Part shown: positions 26,636-40,401 of the stretch, piece after piece
Layout of the letters: each line of letters opens with the position of its first letter
Numbering within the stretch: position 1 is the stretch's first letter
Assembly (NCBI GenBank): GCA_965235115.1
Contig: OZ249436.1
Span: 5,644,001 to 5,708,000, forward strand
DNA length: 64,000 bases
Direction: 5' to 3'
DNA from: Laetmonice hystrix
Lineage: Eukaryota
Translations under genes and position numbers: made by a program
Notes under the pieces: model-generated
Database searches by the model: none
Seen by the model: the letters and a program-made list of their open reading frames with translations, nothing else
Told to the model about the DNA's origin: nothing

Positions 26636-27440
26636 TCTAAGGTCCGTCACTAGGTACTATATGTGCTAGATGGTATCTAGCTTTAAGGTTCTGGATGTAT
26701 TTATTGGTGTTTTATCTAAGGTCCGTCACTAGGTGTATACTATCTACTGGAGGGTATCTAGCTTTAAGGTTCTGGATGTATTTATTGGTGTTTTGTCTAA
26801 GGTCCGTCACTAGGTGTATACTATCTGCTGGATGGTATCTAGCTTTAAGGTTCTGGATGTATTTATTGGTGTTTTGTCCAAGGTCCGTCACTAGGCGTAT
26901 ACTATCTACTGGAGGGTATCTGGCTTTAAGGTTCTGGGTGTATTTATTGGTGTTTTGTCTAAGGTCCGTCACTAGGCGTATACTATATCTGCTGGATGGT
27001 ATCTAGCTTTAAGGTTCTGGATGTATTTATTGGTGTTTTGTCTAAGGTCCGTCACTAGGTGTATACTATATCTGCTGGATGGTATCTAGCTTTAAGGTTC
27101 TGGATGTATTTATTGGTGTTTTGTCTAAGGTCCGTCACTAGGCGTATACTATCTACTGGAGGGTATCTAGCTTTAAGGTTCTGGATGTATTTATTGGTGT
27201 TTTGTCTAAGGTCCGTCACTAGGCGTATACTATCTGCTGGAGGGTATCTAGCTTTAAGGTTCTGGATGTATTTATTGGTGTTTTGTCTAAGGTCCGTCAC
27301 TAGGCGTATACTATCTGCTGGAGGGTATCTAGCTTTAAGGTTCTGGATGTATTTATTGGTGTTTTGTCTAAGGTCCGTCACAAGGCGTATACTATCTACT
27401 GGATGGTATCTAGCTTTAAGGTTCTGGGTGTACTTATTGG
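26636..27440. repeat. Tandem repeat, 81-bp unit, ~10 copies
   Basis: Direct reading. The 27-codon period explains ORFs on both strands. Confidence 0.95.
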
Positions 27441-28117
27441 TCTCATTGCTGGTTTCAGAACGAATCCTCACTTCCCATTCGTATAAAAACTCATCCACAC
27501 GCAAAGAAAAGATCGAAAGTTTTGCCCGTACGCCTGCAAGTCGAGGCAAGGTGATTCCCTGCTATTCGCCCGATACAAGGGCGGGTTGAAGGGGAAGACG
27601 AAATACTATCCACAGCAGTGGGCACTGGTAGTGTTTGCCCTTGATCTTTGCACGTGTTCCTTTCTTCTGGAATGTCTGGCTTTCATGGTAACCTCAGACG
27701 CCAAGGCAGGCTCCAATCTTTCTTCTGTCCATTCCATACATTTGTCGAGCTTGCGGTAGGTCTCTACTGTACGTCTTGAATATTCGTATTTTACGATACA
27801 TAGGCCTATATCTCAAGGATATGAAGTGCTGCATACTTTTTGCTATAGGCCAGGTCCTAATCTGAGAATATCATCAAAACTCTGGAGAAAAGGGAGGAAA
27901 GGAATAAAATAATTATTTAGAAACGCAAGTATTGACTCCTGCTAGTCTTGATAGGTGTGGATATATGGTATTTTATAGAACGCAGTTCTGTATTATATCA
28001 CAGTCCTCATTTTCAAAAGAAATTATAGGTGGTTTTTTTTCCAACCATTATCATTTCATGATACCGTTTTACTGATTTCCTTTGAGAGGCATACGAGTCG
28101 ACCGATACACGAGAGTC

Positions 28118-29001
28118 TTGACAGAACCAATCTTAGCCTGCAAGGCGATGTGTCCTCTCATCATCTTGAAGGTTGACAGAACCAATCTTAGCCTGCAAGG
28201 CGAGCTGTCCTCTCATCATCTCGAAGGTTGGCAGAACCAATCTTAGCCTGCAAGGCGAGGTGTCCTCTCGTCATCTCGAAGGTTGACAGAACCAATCTTA
28301 GCCTGCAAGGCGAGGTGACCACTCATCATCTCGAAGGTTGACAGAACCAATCTTAGCCTGCAAGGCGAGGTGTCCTCTCGTCATCTCGAAGGTTGACAGA
28401 ACCAATCTTAGCCTGCAAGGCGAGGTGTCCTCTCGTCATCTCGAAGGTTGACAGAACCAATCTTAGCCTGCAAGGCGAGGTGTCCTCTCGTCATCTCGAA
28501 GGTTGACAGAACCAATCTTAGCCTGCAAGGCGAGGTGACCGCTCATCATCTCGAAGGTTGACAGAACCAATCTTAGCCTGCAAGGCAAGGTGTCCTCTCA
28601 TCATCTCGAAGGTTGACAGAACCAATCTTAGCCTGCAAGGCGAGGTGTCGTCTCATCATCTCGAAGGTTGACAGAACCAATCTTAGCCTGCAAGACGAGG
28701 TGTCCTCTCGTCATCTCGAAGGTTGACAGAACCAATCTTAGCCTGCAAGGCGAGGTGTCCTCTCATCTCGAAGGTTGACAGAACCAATCTTAGCCTGCAA
28801 GGCGAGGTGACCGCTCATCATCTCGAAGGTTGACAGAACCAATCTTAGCCTGCAAGGCGAGGTGTCCTCTCATCATCTCGAAGGTTGACAGAACCAATCT
28901 TAGCCTGCAAGGCGAGGTGTCCTCTCATCATCTCGAAGGTTGACAGAACCAGTCTTAGCCTGCAAGGCGAGGTGTCCTCTCATCATCTCGAAGGTTGGCA
29001 G
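28118..29001. repeat. Tandem repeat, 55-bp unit, ~16 copies
   Basis: TTGACAGAACCAATCTTAGCCTGCAAGGCGAGGTGTCCTCTCATCATCTCGAAGG. Confidence 0.96.
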
Positions 29002-29723
29002 CCTCTTATACAACTAACAACAGGAACACTACTAAATGTTGGTTAGAATGAAACGTAATCCTACAATATGACAGTTGGATCCGTCAACCTGCCTCTCCAG
29101 CCACCAATTTAGTTTCTTGAAGACTATAGTTAACTATAGTTAGAACACTTCTAGTTAACTATAGTAAACCCGACTACATTTCCCTTGCATGTGACTGACT
29201 GGATATTCACTCTAACGGCAAGAAAATTATGTTTGATAATTTGAAATCAGTTGCTGAAAATATAACTCAAAGGAGCGTAATAATGCATAAGGACGCAAGG
29301 ATAATGGATTTCACATGTCACCGGTAATATAGAATATTCGCAGCCGGACGTGCACGGCAAGGACATGCAATCTCAGCGGAACACGTCATCGTCCATGCTT
29401 GTCAGGGTTTTAATACTGGCTGTCATTTAACATAGCGTGATCGTCAACCAATTGAGAAATACCACTCCTCCGAGTGCGCGGGTGTCGTTAAGGTCCGGTC
29501 TACATGCACTCATGAGCATCATGAGCTAAAGTCCCCCGGCCCCCTACGACCTGCCCACGACCTGCCCACGACCCACCTCCGCCAGGTAATGGCTAGCCAA
29601 CAATATGGTAGCAGGGATATGCAGCTCGTGCCGCGCCCACGGCTGGCCGTTTCGTGTCACGTGTCCTTAATGCTGCCATTCGATACGGGTATAGGTCGAC
29701 GGCAACCACCGGCATGTTGATCG

Positions 29724-30072
29724 GGTGTGGGCGACGGACGGCCTGCCCACACACCGGCAGGTGTGGGCGACGGACGGCCTGACCTCCCCACAGACCGGCA
29801 GGTGTGGGCGACGGACGGCCTGACTTCAGACCGCCAGGTGTGGGCGACGGACGGCCTGACCTCCCCACAGACCGGCAGGTGTGGGCGACGGACGGCCTGA
29901 CTTCAGACCGCCAGGTGTGGGCGACGGACGGCATGACCTCCCCACAGACCGGCAGGTGTGGGCGACGGACGGCCTGACTTCAGACCGGCAGGTTTGGGCG
30001 GCAGACGGTGTGACCTGCCCACAGACCGGCAGGTGTGGGCCACAGACCGGCAGGTGTGGGCGACGGACGGCC
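29724..30072. repeat. GC-rich tandem repeat with alternating 41/36-bp units
   Basis: GTGTGGGCGACGGACGG starts at 29761, 29802, 29838, 29879, 29915. Confidence 0.9.
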
Positions 30073-32522
30073 CGACTGCATGCTCCTTTGGCATCGTATG
30101 TGCAAATATAAATTTTTGGTATGAAGGGAAACGTTTGAAGTGAAAAAAATCAATCACCTAATATAACCAATTTGGCGTCATAAGGTAATAAGGTAATCTC
30201 GCTCCAATATTTGTATCACATACACGTACATGCTAGTCGCCCAACTTATTCATATCTCGCTCCAATTTTTGTATCACATACACGTACATACTAGTCGCCC
30301 AACTTATATCTCGCTATGGCTTGTTCAGCAGACGATAGACGAGGATACTATACCATCATCCTGTTTTTCTCAAAAGCTGTGGTAGTATATGGTATAGGTG
30401 AGTTTATTCCTCTGCTTATAATTGTAATGCAGGTATATATGTCTCGGAAATTGATGCAAGGGTTAGGTCTATGGTACACTAGTCTCCCCCCTTCCTCATC
30501 CCAGGGCATTACATTAAGTAAAGGGTTTAAAAAAATCCTCATTGGTGACTTTCAAGGGCAGAACGTTCGTTTCATTTAGTGAGCAGCTGGATATCAGGAT
30601 TAATATGTCCGCCCCAGTGAGCTATAAATATCTAATTGGTCTGCAGATATAATAATAACAGCCTGTCCTTTGTGGCAGTGAAAAATGAGTTTCTACTGAG
30701 CACATTGCACAACCAATGGGCGGCTCATTGTGGAATAAATCCACATTATCAGTTGGAGTCGGACTGCAATCAAATATACTACATTGGGATGATACTGATA
30801 GTTTAACGCTAATAGCAACCTAGTATAACTACTCAGCTGCCTGTATATTATTACCATTTACATAAAATAGTAAAAAGCTTATTAAAATCAATTAATAAAA
30901 CAATGGCAGCTGGTTATGCATGGTCTGAGGTCTTGTTTTCTGGACCGCGATATTCCGCCCACCCAAGTGTTCAAGTGTTGTATGTAGCCATTTTGAGAAT
31001 CAGTCGCTGGAGTTTATCTTGTTGGGCTTCCCTGAGGAAATAGGCAGGTCTCTCCAGTATTAAATGGGCAAGTTTTACCTGCCACTGCCCCAAGCCTTAT
31101 TTCTTTATGGCCTAGTTTTCTGTAGATAAAGACCACGAACACCTTGTTGTTGGCATGGAAATAATAAATGATTATTATTTATGCCGACTCTATACAGGGG
31201 AACCATGGAATGTACGACACGAGAGGCCATTTTCAGGTGTCGACTTCGCTGAGGGTTCTAATCATTTAGCAGTTTTGAAGTGTAAGGCGATATAAATAAG
31301 TAGCCTGTTCGATTATAACCAACATATAGAGTTGAAGTATATGATATACCTCTCGGAGATGAATGTAGCTGGAATCTCCAGCACCTGTAGCGAGGGCCGT
31401 GTGCTTGCGAGTAGCTGGCACCTGTCTGTATAGCGCTACGGTTCTCTAACCGCATGTCCCGCTCCATCAACGATATTCGTCGTGTTTAGAGCGCTGTCAG
31501 CATTTTTTCTCATCTATAGATCTAAGCATAGGCTAATGTATGATGGTGGGGGGCTATATTGTTATAACCGGATTTGTTATCAACAACCCTGAAGCGTTGC
31601 TCAGCTGCCCCAGAATGTTCAACTCTGTGATAGCTGATGTATTTCGAAGTTAACTGAATTGTATATTGTAATTTCTCACACAGTGTCTTGATACACAGAA
31701 AATGTACGCCAAATTTAAAACAATATGGAACATGATCATTTTAATATCGTCCCCTCGAACCGTCACGTTTTGCATACGTTGTCACGTGTCTGACGTGGTG
31801 TCTTACATCCAGATTTAGGTCATGACGATGGACTGTTGCATGGAGATAAAACGTTCTTCTCTTTCGTTCCTTCCTTCCATCTTATTGACAAGCCATCCTG
31901 ACAAAGGTTTCTTCTACGTCATTCTTTGTTATAACATTGTTGACTGACTGACAAATGATTAATATAAATAAGTATGATAATTAATAAACGATATGACAGG
32001 CCGCCGTAAAAAAACAATACAGAAATAAAGTTTTCATTTCATTTTCATTAGTAATTTGAAGAAGAATATTTGCTATTTCTCAGCAGTAATCGGACGGATC
32101 TTTCAGGGTATTGAATGAATATCCACAATATCCATGCATCATTCTGAATACGTGTAGGATTCAGTTCTAGCTAAGATAATACAGGGCAGATGCGTTGTCA
32201 TCCGTCACTAAATCTTCTAGTTTGCAATGTACTGGATGGATGCCGACACGTTGTCTCGGTGACCTTTGGTACACATATCTTACGTTCAGCAGTTGGAGAA
32301 TTCCCAACATCGACAACTCTCATTTCCGTTTAAAACAGTATTGACCGACCAGTCCCAGTGGGTACCCTTCCCGAGACACGCGGACAGAGGCCGTCTGCAC
32401 TGGTATTTACGTCAATGACGTTCTTATCTCGCTAGATCGTAAACATAACGCATCGTGATGACGTCACGTCAACCACAGAGCCATCGAATCTCAATGATAT
32501 ATATCAATGATGCTTCTTGGTG

Positions 32523-33261
32523 CAAATCTGAGGTATATCTGAGGGAGCTGTTTTCAGGAGTAAAGGACCAAATCTGAGGTATATCTGAGGGAGTTGTTTT
32601 CAGGAGTAAAGGACCAAATCTGAGGTATATCTGAGGGAGCTGTTTTCAGGAGTAAAGGACCACATCTGAGGTATATCTGAGAGAGTTGTTTTCAGGAGTA
32701 AAGGACCACATCTGAGGTATATCTGAGGGAGCTGTTTTCAGGAGTAAAGGACCAAATCTGAGGTATATCGGAGGGAGCTGTTTTCAGGAGTAAAGGACCA
32801 AATCTGAGGTATATCTGAGAGAGTTGTTTTCAGGAGTAAAGGACCAAATCTGAGGTATATCTGAGAGAGTTGTTTTCAGGAGTAACGGACCAAATCTGAG
32901 GTATATCTGATGGCGCTGTTTTCAGGAGTAAAGGACCAAATCTGAGGTATATCTGAGGGAGCTGTTTTCAGGAGTAAAGGACCAAATCTGAGGTATATCT
33001 GATGGCGCTGTTTTCAGGAGTAAAGGACCAAATCTGAGGTATATCTGAGGGAGCTGTTTTCAGGAGTAAAGGACCAAATCTGAGGTATATCTGAGAGAGT
33101 TGTTTTCAGGAGTAAAGGACCACATCTGAGGTATATCTGAGGGAGCTGTTTTCAGGAGTAAAGGACCAAATCTGAGGTATATCTGAGGGAGCTGTTTTCA
33201 GGAGTAAAGGACCAAATCTGAGGTATATCTGATGGCGCTGTTTTCAGGAGTAACGGACCAA
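32523..33261. repeat. Tandem repeat, 46-bp unit, ~16 copies
   Basis: CAAATCTGAGGTATATCTGAGGGAGCTGTTTTCAGGAGTAAAGGAC. Confidence 0.96.
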
Positions 33262-35576
33262 AGGAGTGAGGAGGTTTCCTCTGGGCGGGGAGGGGAAGTA
33301 TCGGATCTTGCTTGGGATGGAATGCAGTGTGGCTCGAGAGAGCACATTTTAGCACCTGAGGACCTGCTGACACCTTAATACTACACAGATCGTGTCGCTC
33401 AGACGCCAAATCCATGGGCTACGGTAAATAATCCCTTCCGCCTGCAGAGTAGCACTGCAAAACATAGACCGCAGCTACTGGATGGTAAATGAAAATAGGC
33501 AGAGTATACGTCAGGGCTACTCAACGTACAATTAACTCTGCCGCCACTTCGAGCACATGCGCATACCTCCTTCAGGGGAATAAATATATACTGACAAAAA
33601 TTCCAATCTTCCCCTATTTGTGGTACCTCCTTGACATAGATGCAATGATAGGTAAATCCACTGTTTTCTTCTCTTCCTGGTGCTTACAGGCATGTATAGC
33701 TAAAGTTTTAACCTTGATATAACGCAGTGTGTTTAATAACCCCTTACAACATAATTATAATACAGAACATGGCATAACCTGGATCTCGGAGAAATGTGTG
33801 GAGCGGGAGGTCTAACTTACAAGGTAATGGACTTCACCACAAAATACAGGTGAAAGTAAACCGGTTAATTTAGTCTCAGTATCAGTTTCCCAGATTTAGC
33901 CGGTAAGCAGGTCCATGGTACAGCTCAGTTTCAATAACATTTTGACCGTTTTGCTAAATATTGCGGTAAGGGTTGAATTTCCACCCTGAAAGTCTCCCAA
34001 GGGCTGTTAACCGCATTAAAATGGACCATTTTTAGGGAGGAACATTAGATTCTGGGAATACAATACTTAAATTAAAGTCTAACTGTAAATCACATCGTGT
34101 TCATTAGAGACATGCAGAATTGATTCTGTCATTCTTGGCAAACCTGATCAAAGGAGCGTCTATTTACCAATAAAGTCAAATAGTGGGGTTTAGGGTACGG
34201 TCTATGCCTTTACCAACCAAAACAGGGGCTCCTTGAAGCAGGTAAAGCATTCGTGTCGCCGATTGAACTCATTTGCTGAAGAATTAAAATCAATGGTGAA
34301 TCGAGGCGAAGATGGAATAAGAGAAAAGTGAATGGAATATGACGAGGGCGAGCATCAGGTGCGTGTTGGTGGTCGGAGAACGGCGAGAACAAAGCAAACG
34401 ACTTCAATGTCGTCTTCGACACAACTGAGACCATACAGAGAGGAGAAAAACACATGACGTGACCCACCTGCTGCTCTGTGGAATATTAATTACTGATAGC
34501 TGTCTACAACCAATCAACTGTCGTTATAAAACCACCGTCATGGTTCGGGTTTATTATGGCAAACCGACTCTGTAAAACAACACCAGAACACCTAATGACA
34601 CAGTCTGCCACTTCCCCGGAAATGTCAAGCTATTATTGAAACAGGCAAACATGATGTATAATTGAAAACTCATACTGGGTCGACGACAGTCCAATCATCC
34701 AGTCATGACCCTTGTACAGTTGCGTTTGGAAAAAGAGTATAAGCTAAACTGTCACCCCATAATGTCATAAAATATAAGCAATCCTTGCTCTATATAATGG
34801 AGGATCTCAGGTATAGCCCGACAGTGAGAACTATATATATTTTGCAGATCACTATAGAGGGAACACGCACATGGGGCAATAATGCCTATTAATGTATATT
34901 GATTTCGGAATACATCAGCAAAATTATGTGTGGTGAACTGTAGGTTTAAATTCAGGCCACATGTAAACTGATATATTATGTAAATATATGCAAGAAAACA
35001 GATTTGATCGTTTCAAACACCTGAAGAGCTGATTGAGCATTGCTGGACTGATGGGTAGCTTCCTCTACAGCGCCATCTGCCGGGAGCAGAGATTCCTTGA
35101 GAACCGTCGGAAGCCTGAGGCGCGTGACACGTGAGCCAGGTCAGGCCAACCCGTTTCTTTATTAGGCGTTGTCCTATTGATCTCCCGTCAATAAGTCATT
35201 GTGATCAATAATTCGTCACGCACCAGTGGAGGCACGCTTAAGGCCATCAGCCTTGTATTTGTTCACGTAATATCGCGTGCATTCTCAGCTGTGGGCGGCA
35301 ACCATTCAGTGTCATGAGTTGGATGCCCGTGCTCATCTATAGATGTGTTTTCTCACGCATTGATAGCACTTTTTGTTTGGGTAAATTTTCAGTTTCCGTT
35401 TTCCTCCAGTGCATACACAAAGAACGGGAAGGTATGTTCTTTATATCACAACCAAATTGATAATGAAGACGCGTTCTTTCTCTAAATATTATACAGGACT
35501 TCCGTTCTTCGTCAACCTGTGACCTTCGCATTCCGAGCACACTTATCAATGACAGCTGCTGCTGGTCTCTATTTAA

Positions 35577-36106
35577 AGGGGCATGCTATGAAACACGGTT
35601 TTTTAGATTTCCGGCAATTATCGAACATGATCGTGTACTAGGGATCCAAGTAAATAATCCTACCACAGCATTTTGTCCTCCGACGTGTTTTCGCTGCGTA
35701 TGCAGCACAAGTAGATTCTATACGACCAAACCTATAGATTTCTCCCGATAGCACATCTCCCGCCATAATTTGCTATAGACAACCTCCCATCAACCCGTGT
35801 AATTGCATACTGTGTCACATCCTGCGTGTGCACGCTCTGCATGTGATTAGTCACGTGCTTCGCTTAGTTGTAAACAATTCAGCAGTTGCACTCGATCGTC
35901 CGGCATCAGAATGCCACCCAAAAAATATTTTACGAAATCGGCAGAAAAGCGGGCAAGGGAGCTTCATAAACTTCGATTTCTCACACAAAATGAAACTGAT
36001 AAGTCTGTCTTTGTTTACCAAGCAATATTAATGAAAGATCTCTTGATGAAAACAGCAAAAGTTCTTTGAAATACCGATTTTGCACATTTCCTCATAATAT
36101 GCCCCT
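35577..36106. mobile_element. Kolobok-like non-autonomous DNA transposon (TTAA TSD)
   Basis: TTAA|AGGGGCATGCTATG ... CATAATATGCCCCT|TTAA. Imperfect 14-bp TIR with purine-start termini. Confidence 0.75.
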
Positions 36107-36967
36107 TTAAAATTATCCAATACTCCGTACGCAAAAGTTTCACTGTTCCAGCATATTTTAGTGTGTATTTATAGATTATGGATAAATGAAGTAGGACTGT
36201 ACCATATGCGTACATATATTTGAAGGAACATTGACAAAATGACATGTATGGAATATCAATTAGGGTCAGAAATCGTATCAGAACCGGGCACGTTTCAGAC
36301 TTTCTATACCAGATTGGAAATGTTAATGTAACGATCTGGCTATTAACCAGCCTTAGTGAGACGGGCCCCTGGCAAGTTAAATTCAGACTTTCTATACCAG
36401 ATTGGAAATAGTGCCCCTCCCCCATAAAGTGGTAGGCCTAATTCATCAAACACATTATGAAGGGCCCGGGTTTGAAGTGCAGTAATATCTTTATTGCATC
36501 TTAAATATTTAATGTTTGAAGTTTAATATTTTCCCCCTGTCTGCTTCGATTCATTGTTGCCATTCGATTATAGAGTATGAATTCGTTATAGCCTAGGCAT
36601 AGTCGTGAAACGCTGCGGCAATATATGGCAATAATTCAATGGTGATAGGCCTATATCGTACGCTGCATGGACCTGTCCTCACGTAATCATGAAAGGACAT
36701 GCAGCATACATCCGAACATCCCACCGTGTAGCCTATAAAATAGTTGACCCATTTATCACCATAGACTTTCACGTTTAGGCCTATTGCTTCGCATATTAAT
36801 TTTTCTCACAAATAACGATTGCGGAGCTCTTTCATAAAGAGGATCCCTTGGTCGGATTGAATTTTAACATATTGTTTATCCCCATACAGAGGGTTGTCAG
36901 CCGTCCTGGTTAAGTCGTATAGAGTCTAGTCCTTCCCATACAGAGGGTTGTCAGCCATCCTGGTTAA

Positions 36968-37418
36968 AGCCGGTTGCACATATACCGACCCGACCGCCCG
37001 ATCGCCCGATCCGGGAGGATCGGGTGGGTTGGTCGGTATATGTGCAATACATCTCGACCCGACTGGGTCGCGGGAACGGGCGGTCGGGTCGGGGAATCGG
37101 CGGTCGGGCAAAGTCTGACATGTCAGACTTTGCCCGACCGAGTCGGCCGTTCGGGTCGCGAACGGGATATGTGCAACCGGGTCGGGTACCAGATCGCGAC
37201 CGACCGTGCGTGAGAACGGTTAGTGGAATGTATTTTCAGCCGGCTTTTTATCATTTCCATCACTGTCCAATTTTGACGTCAGTTTTGATATTGTGACGTC
37301 GGTCGTGATATCTGAACACTCCCGTCGCCAAACAAGCCCGACCCGACCGCCCGACCCGACTAGGTCGGGTCGGGCGGTCGGGCGGTCGGGGGTCGGGTCG
37401 GTATATGTGCAACCGGCT
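36968..37418. mobile_element. PIF/Harbinger-type MITE with TAA TSD
   Basis: TIR AGCCGGTTGCACATATACCGACCCGACC at both ends. TAA TSD. An empty-site copy is preserved immediately upstream (36905-36921). Confidence 0.92.
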
Positions 37419-37633
37419 TAAGTCGTATAGTCCTCCTACAGCTCTATTAATTCATACCAGAGTCGTTCTCGGCTCAGGTTAAGATCTCAGTGACATGGAC
37501 CTTCCTTGGGTAAGAGCAGAGTTTTATTATATTGTCCCAACGACAATATATACGACCCGAACCCTGTGAAACAGATCGCTAGTTTGACTTGACGGTCGTA
37601 ACAAACCCACCTCGAACCATGTGTTCAGCCTTA

Positions 37634-37896
37634 TCTTATTATCACGTCATCTTATTATCACGTCATCTTATTATCACGTCATTTTATTATCACGTCATCT
37701 TATTATCACGTCATCTTATTATCACGTCATCTTATTATCACGTCATCTTATTATCACGTCATCTTATTATCACGTCATCTTATTATCACGTCATCGTATT
37801 ATCACGTCTTATTATTACGTCATCTTATAAACACGTCATCTCATTACCACGTCATCTTATTATCACGTCATTTTATTATCACGTCATCTTATTATC
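37634..37896. repeat. Tandem repeat, 16-bp unit (TCTTATTATCACGTCA), ~16 copies
   Basis: Direct reading. Confidence 0.95.
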
Positions 37897-39971
37897 AGCC
37901 GAAGCCACTCAAACATGAGTCGACTGCATCAAGGTAAACAAATCCCCACGCCCACATCCATTAGCTTGACCTCCATCAGGCTATTATTGGAAATAACCCA
38001 CCCAGCTTTTGCAACCTCTGGCTTGATCAGCCAAAGGACGACGCGCAAACAGTAGTGTAGAATGGGTTCCTCTCAAAACACAAACTGCACCGGGATCTAT
38101 GTGAGCTATTAACAATGACCTTGTAAACTCTTTCAGGTCATTATTTTCTGTACAAACCTTTTCATGGACTGGTACACATAGGGGCCAATACTTGTCAATA
38201 AATCATCAATCAGACAGTCATGTTGCACTTTTACTTTGTTGGGTAAAACATATCCCTATCCTCCTGACAAACAGTTCATAGCAGCAGTTCATAGCAGGTG
38301 GATCGATAAAAACTGAGTCTCAGCCTTGGTGAAAGGGTGGTCTCGTCGGCCAGGTCACCCACGCCTCGACCTCAGTGGTTAATTTAGCAACAGAAAATGT
38401 TCTGACGACATTTGTGTTTTAAAGGGCGTATTATAGATATCTTAATGTCATTAATTATAATCTCACTGTCCACGATGTTGCATAATCCACAAAGAGAAAA
38501 ACTCCTGCAAATTTAAGCATATTTTTATATAGTCAATAACCCTAAGTATAGGCCTGCAACCACATTATACGTGGGTGTCGACCATCTGCTCTCCTCCCCT
38601 TTCATCTCATCACCCCTCTAGTCTTTCCATCATTACCGCAACAAGGAATTTCTTTAGTCTTACAGATCTAACACCTTTCATAACTAAACTTAAAGGAATC
38701 ATGTCAATTATTTCATATAGATTTTACAAACTGGCGAAAATACTGCTTGTATATAGTCTGGTAATTATGTTCCATAGCACTGCCTACTTGCCTGTTTGGA
38801 TTTCGTGATTATTTTTTTAAAATATTTAAAAACCAGCAAATTTGGAATGACGCGCGTCTTTTTCTAGACCTGCAGCCCACCTACGCGATAGAGTTTTAGC
38901 CGGGCGACTTTACACCCTTTTCACAGAACGCGAGACTATTGACGCAATCACGTGATCATCTCACCCGTTGCAACGCTATGCCTGCAGGTCAGACATTCCC
39001 GATGGCGAAAGGCAGCGTTGTTTTTGAGTGTTCTCGACAAGAAAGTGAAATGTGAAGGTGACAGTGCATTTCGCTGCTGTCTGTTTACAATACATAGGCC
39101 TAATGTATATTAAAGCTAGGAAGTATCCTCGGGACAGAAGCTGCATAGATTTTGACGAGGTAAGCGTGAAAGCAGGCCGAACTGGCTTCCAGGAACGCTC
39201 AACCAGGGTGCCATGATTCCTTTAATAAGGTTACACTGAACCAAAGTGTTCTTGGTATGAACGTTCAGCCAACGTTGATTCTATGTGCAGCAATAACGTT
39301 GACGTCTATAGCTGGGGGGAAGTCATAGCATGTTATCTAAACAAAGGTTGGGTCAGGATTTAAACAAAGAGCTGGGAAAAACATGTGATAATTTTGCAGT
39401 CAGCATACTATACTGACATTATTGATGACGCCCCCCCCCCCCCAACCACCCACCCACTCACACACCCCGCACATTTACACACATACATGTACGATGATGT
39501 GTTGTTTTCTTGCTTTGTGCTTAACTTCTTGGCTAATATTTTAAAAAGGTTTCATTTTAAAAATCCTGAACTTAGCTACAACTTAAATTTTCTTTGTCAA
39601 AATTCAGAGTAGTCTACTTGCAGTAACGTATTTAGAATGGCTTCCAGCACGATTTGCGCCAATATATAGGCCTAATGGAAGCAATATGCGGGTGTAAGGA
39701 CGACCGGGAACTGTTGTTTGTATTGGGTCCCACTGCAAAACGGGCCCCACATATGATGGAATATATAGGTCTATAATATGTAAACATTTAATGTTCCCAC
39801 ATTTCATACAATACATGTACGGTATATTAGCATTTCGGAAGGTGCGGTATTCCAACAGAGAAAACTGTTGATTGATAGATTTATCTAAGGGGGGTTCAGT
39901 CGGAGTAGCTATAGCCAATAGGAAGCTGATGTAAAGATTGGCCTTTGACCTTTGTCCGTGGATCCGCTCCT

Positions 39972-40401
39972 TATAACATAGCTTTCTGAATCTTGGGGGG
40001 GCAATGGCATTTGGTTCTTTAGCATGTTCTGATATAACATAGCTTTCTGAATCTTGGGGGGACAATGGCATTTCGTTCTTTAGCATGTTGTGATATAACA
40101 TAGTTTTCTGAATCTTGGGGGGACAATGGCATTTCGTTCTTTAGCATGTTGTGATATAACATAGTTTTCTGAATCTTGGGGGGACAATGGCATTTCGTTC
40201 TTTAGCATGTTCTGATATAACATAGTTTTCTGAATCTTGGGGGGACAATGGCATTTCGTTCTTTAGCATATTCTGATATAACATAGTTTTCTGAATCTTG
40301 GGGGGACAATGGCATTTCGTTCTTTAGCATGTTCTGATATAACATAGCTTTCCGAATCTTGGGGGGACAATGGCATTTCGTTCTTTAGCATGTTCTGATA
40401 T
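39972..40401. repeat. Tandem repeat, 61-bp unit, ~7 copies
   Basis: ATATAACATAGTTTTCTGAATCTTGGGGGGACAATGGCATTTCGTTCTTTAGCATGTTCTG. Confidence 0.95.

Noticed and set aside
26695..27589. Hydrophobic 27-aa-repeat ORFs on both strands
   Set aside because: A consequence of the 81-bp period. Both strands are open and the frames are broken by indels.
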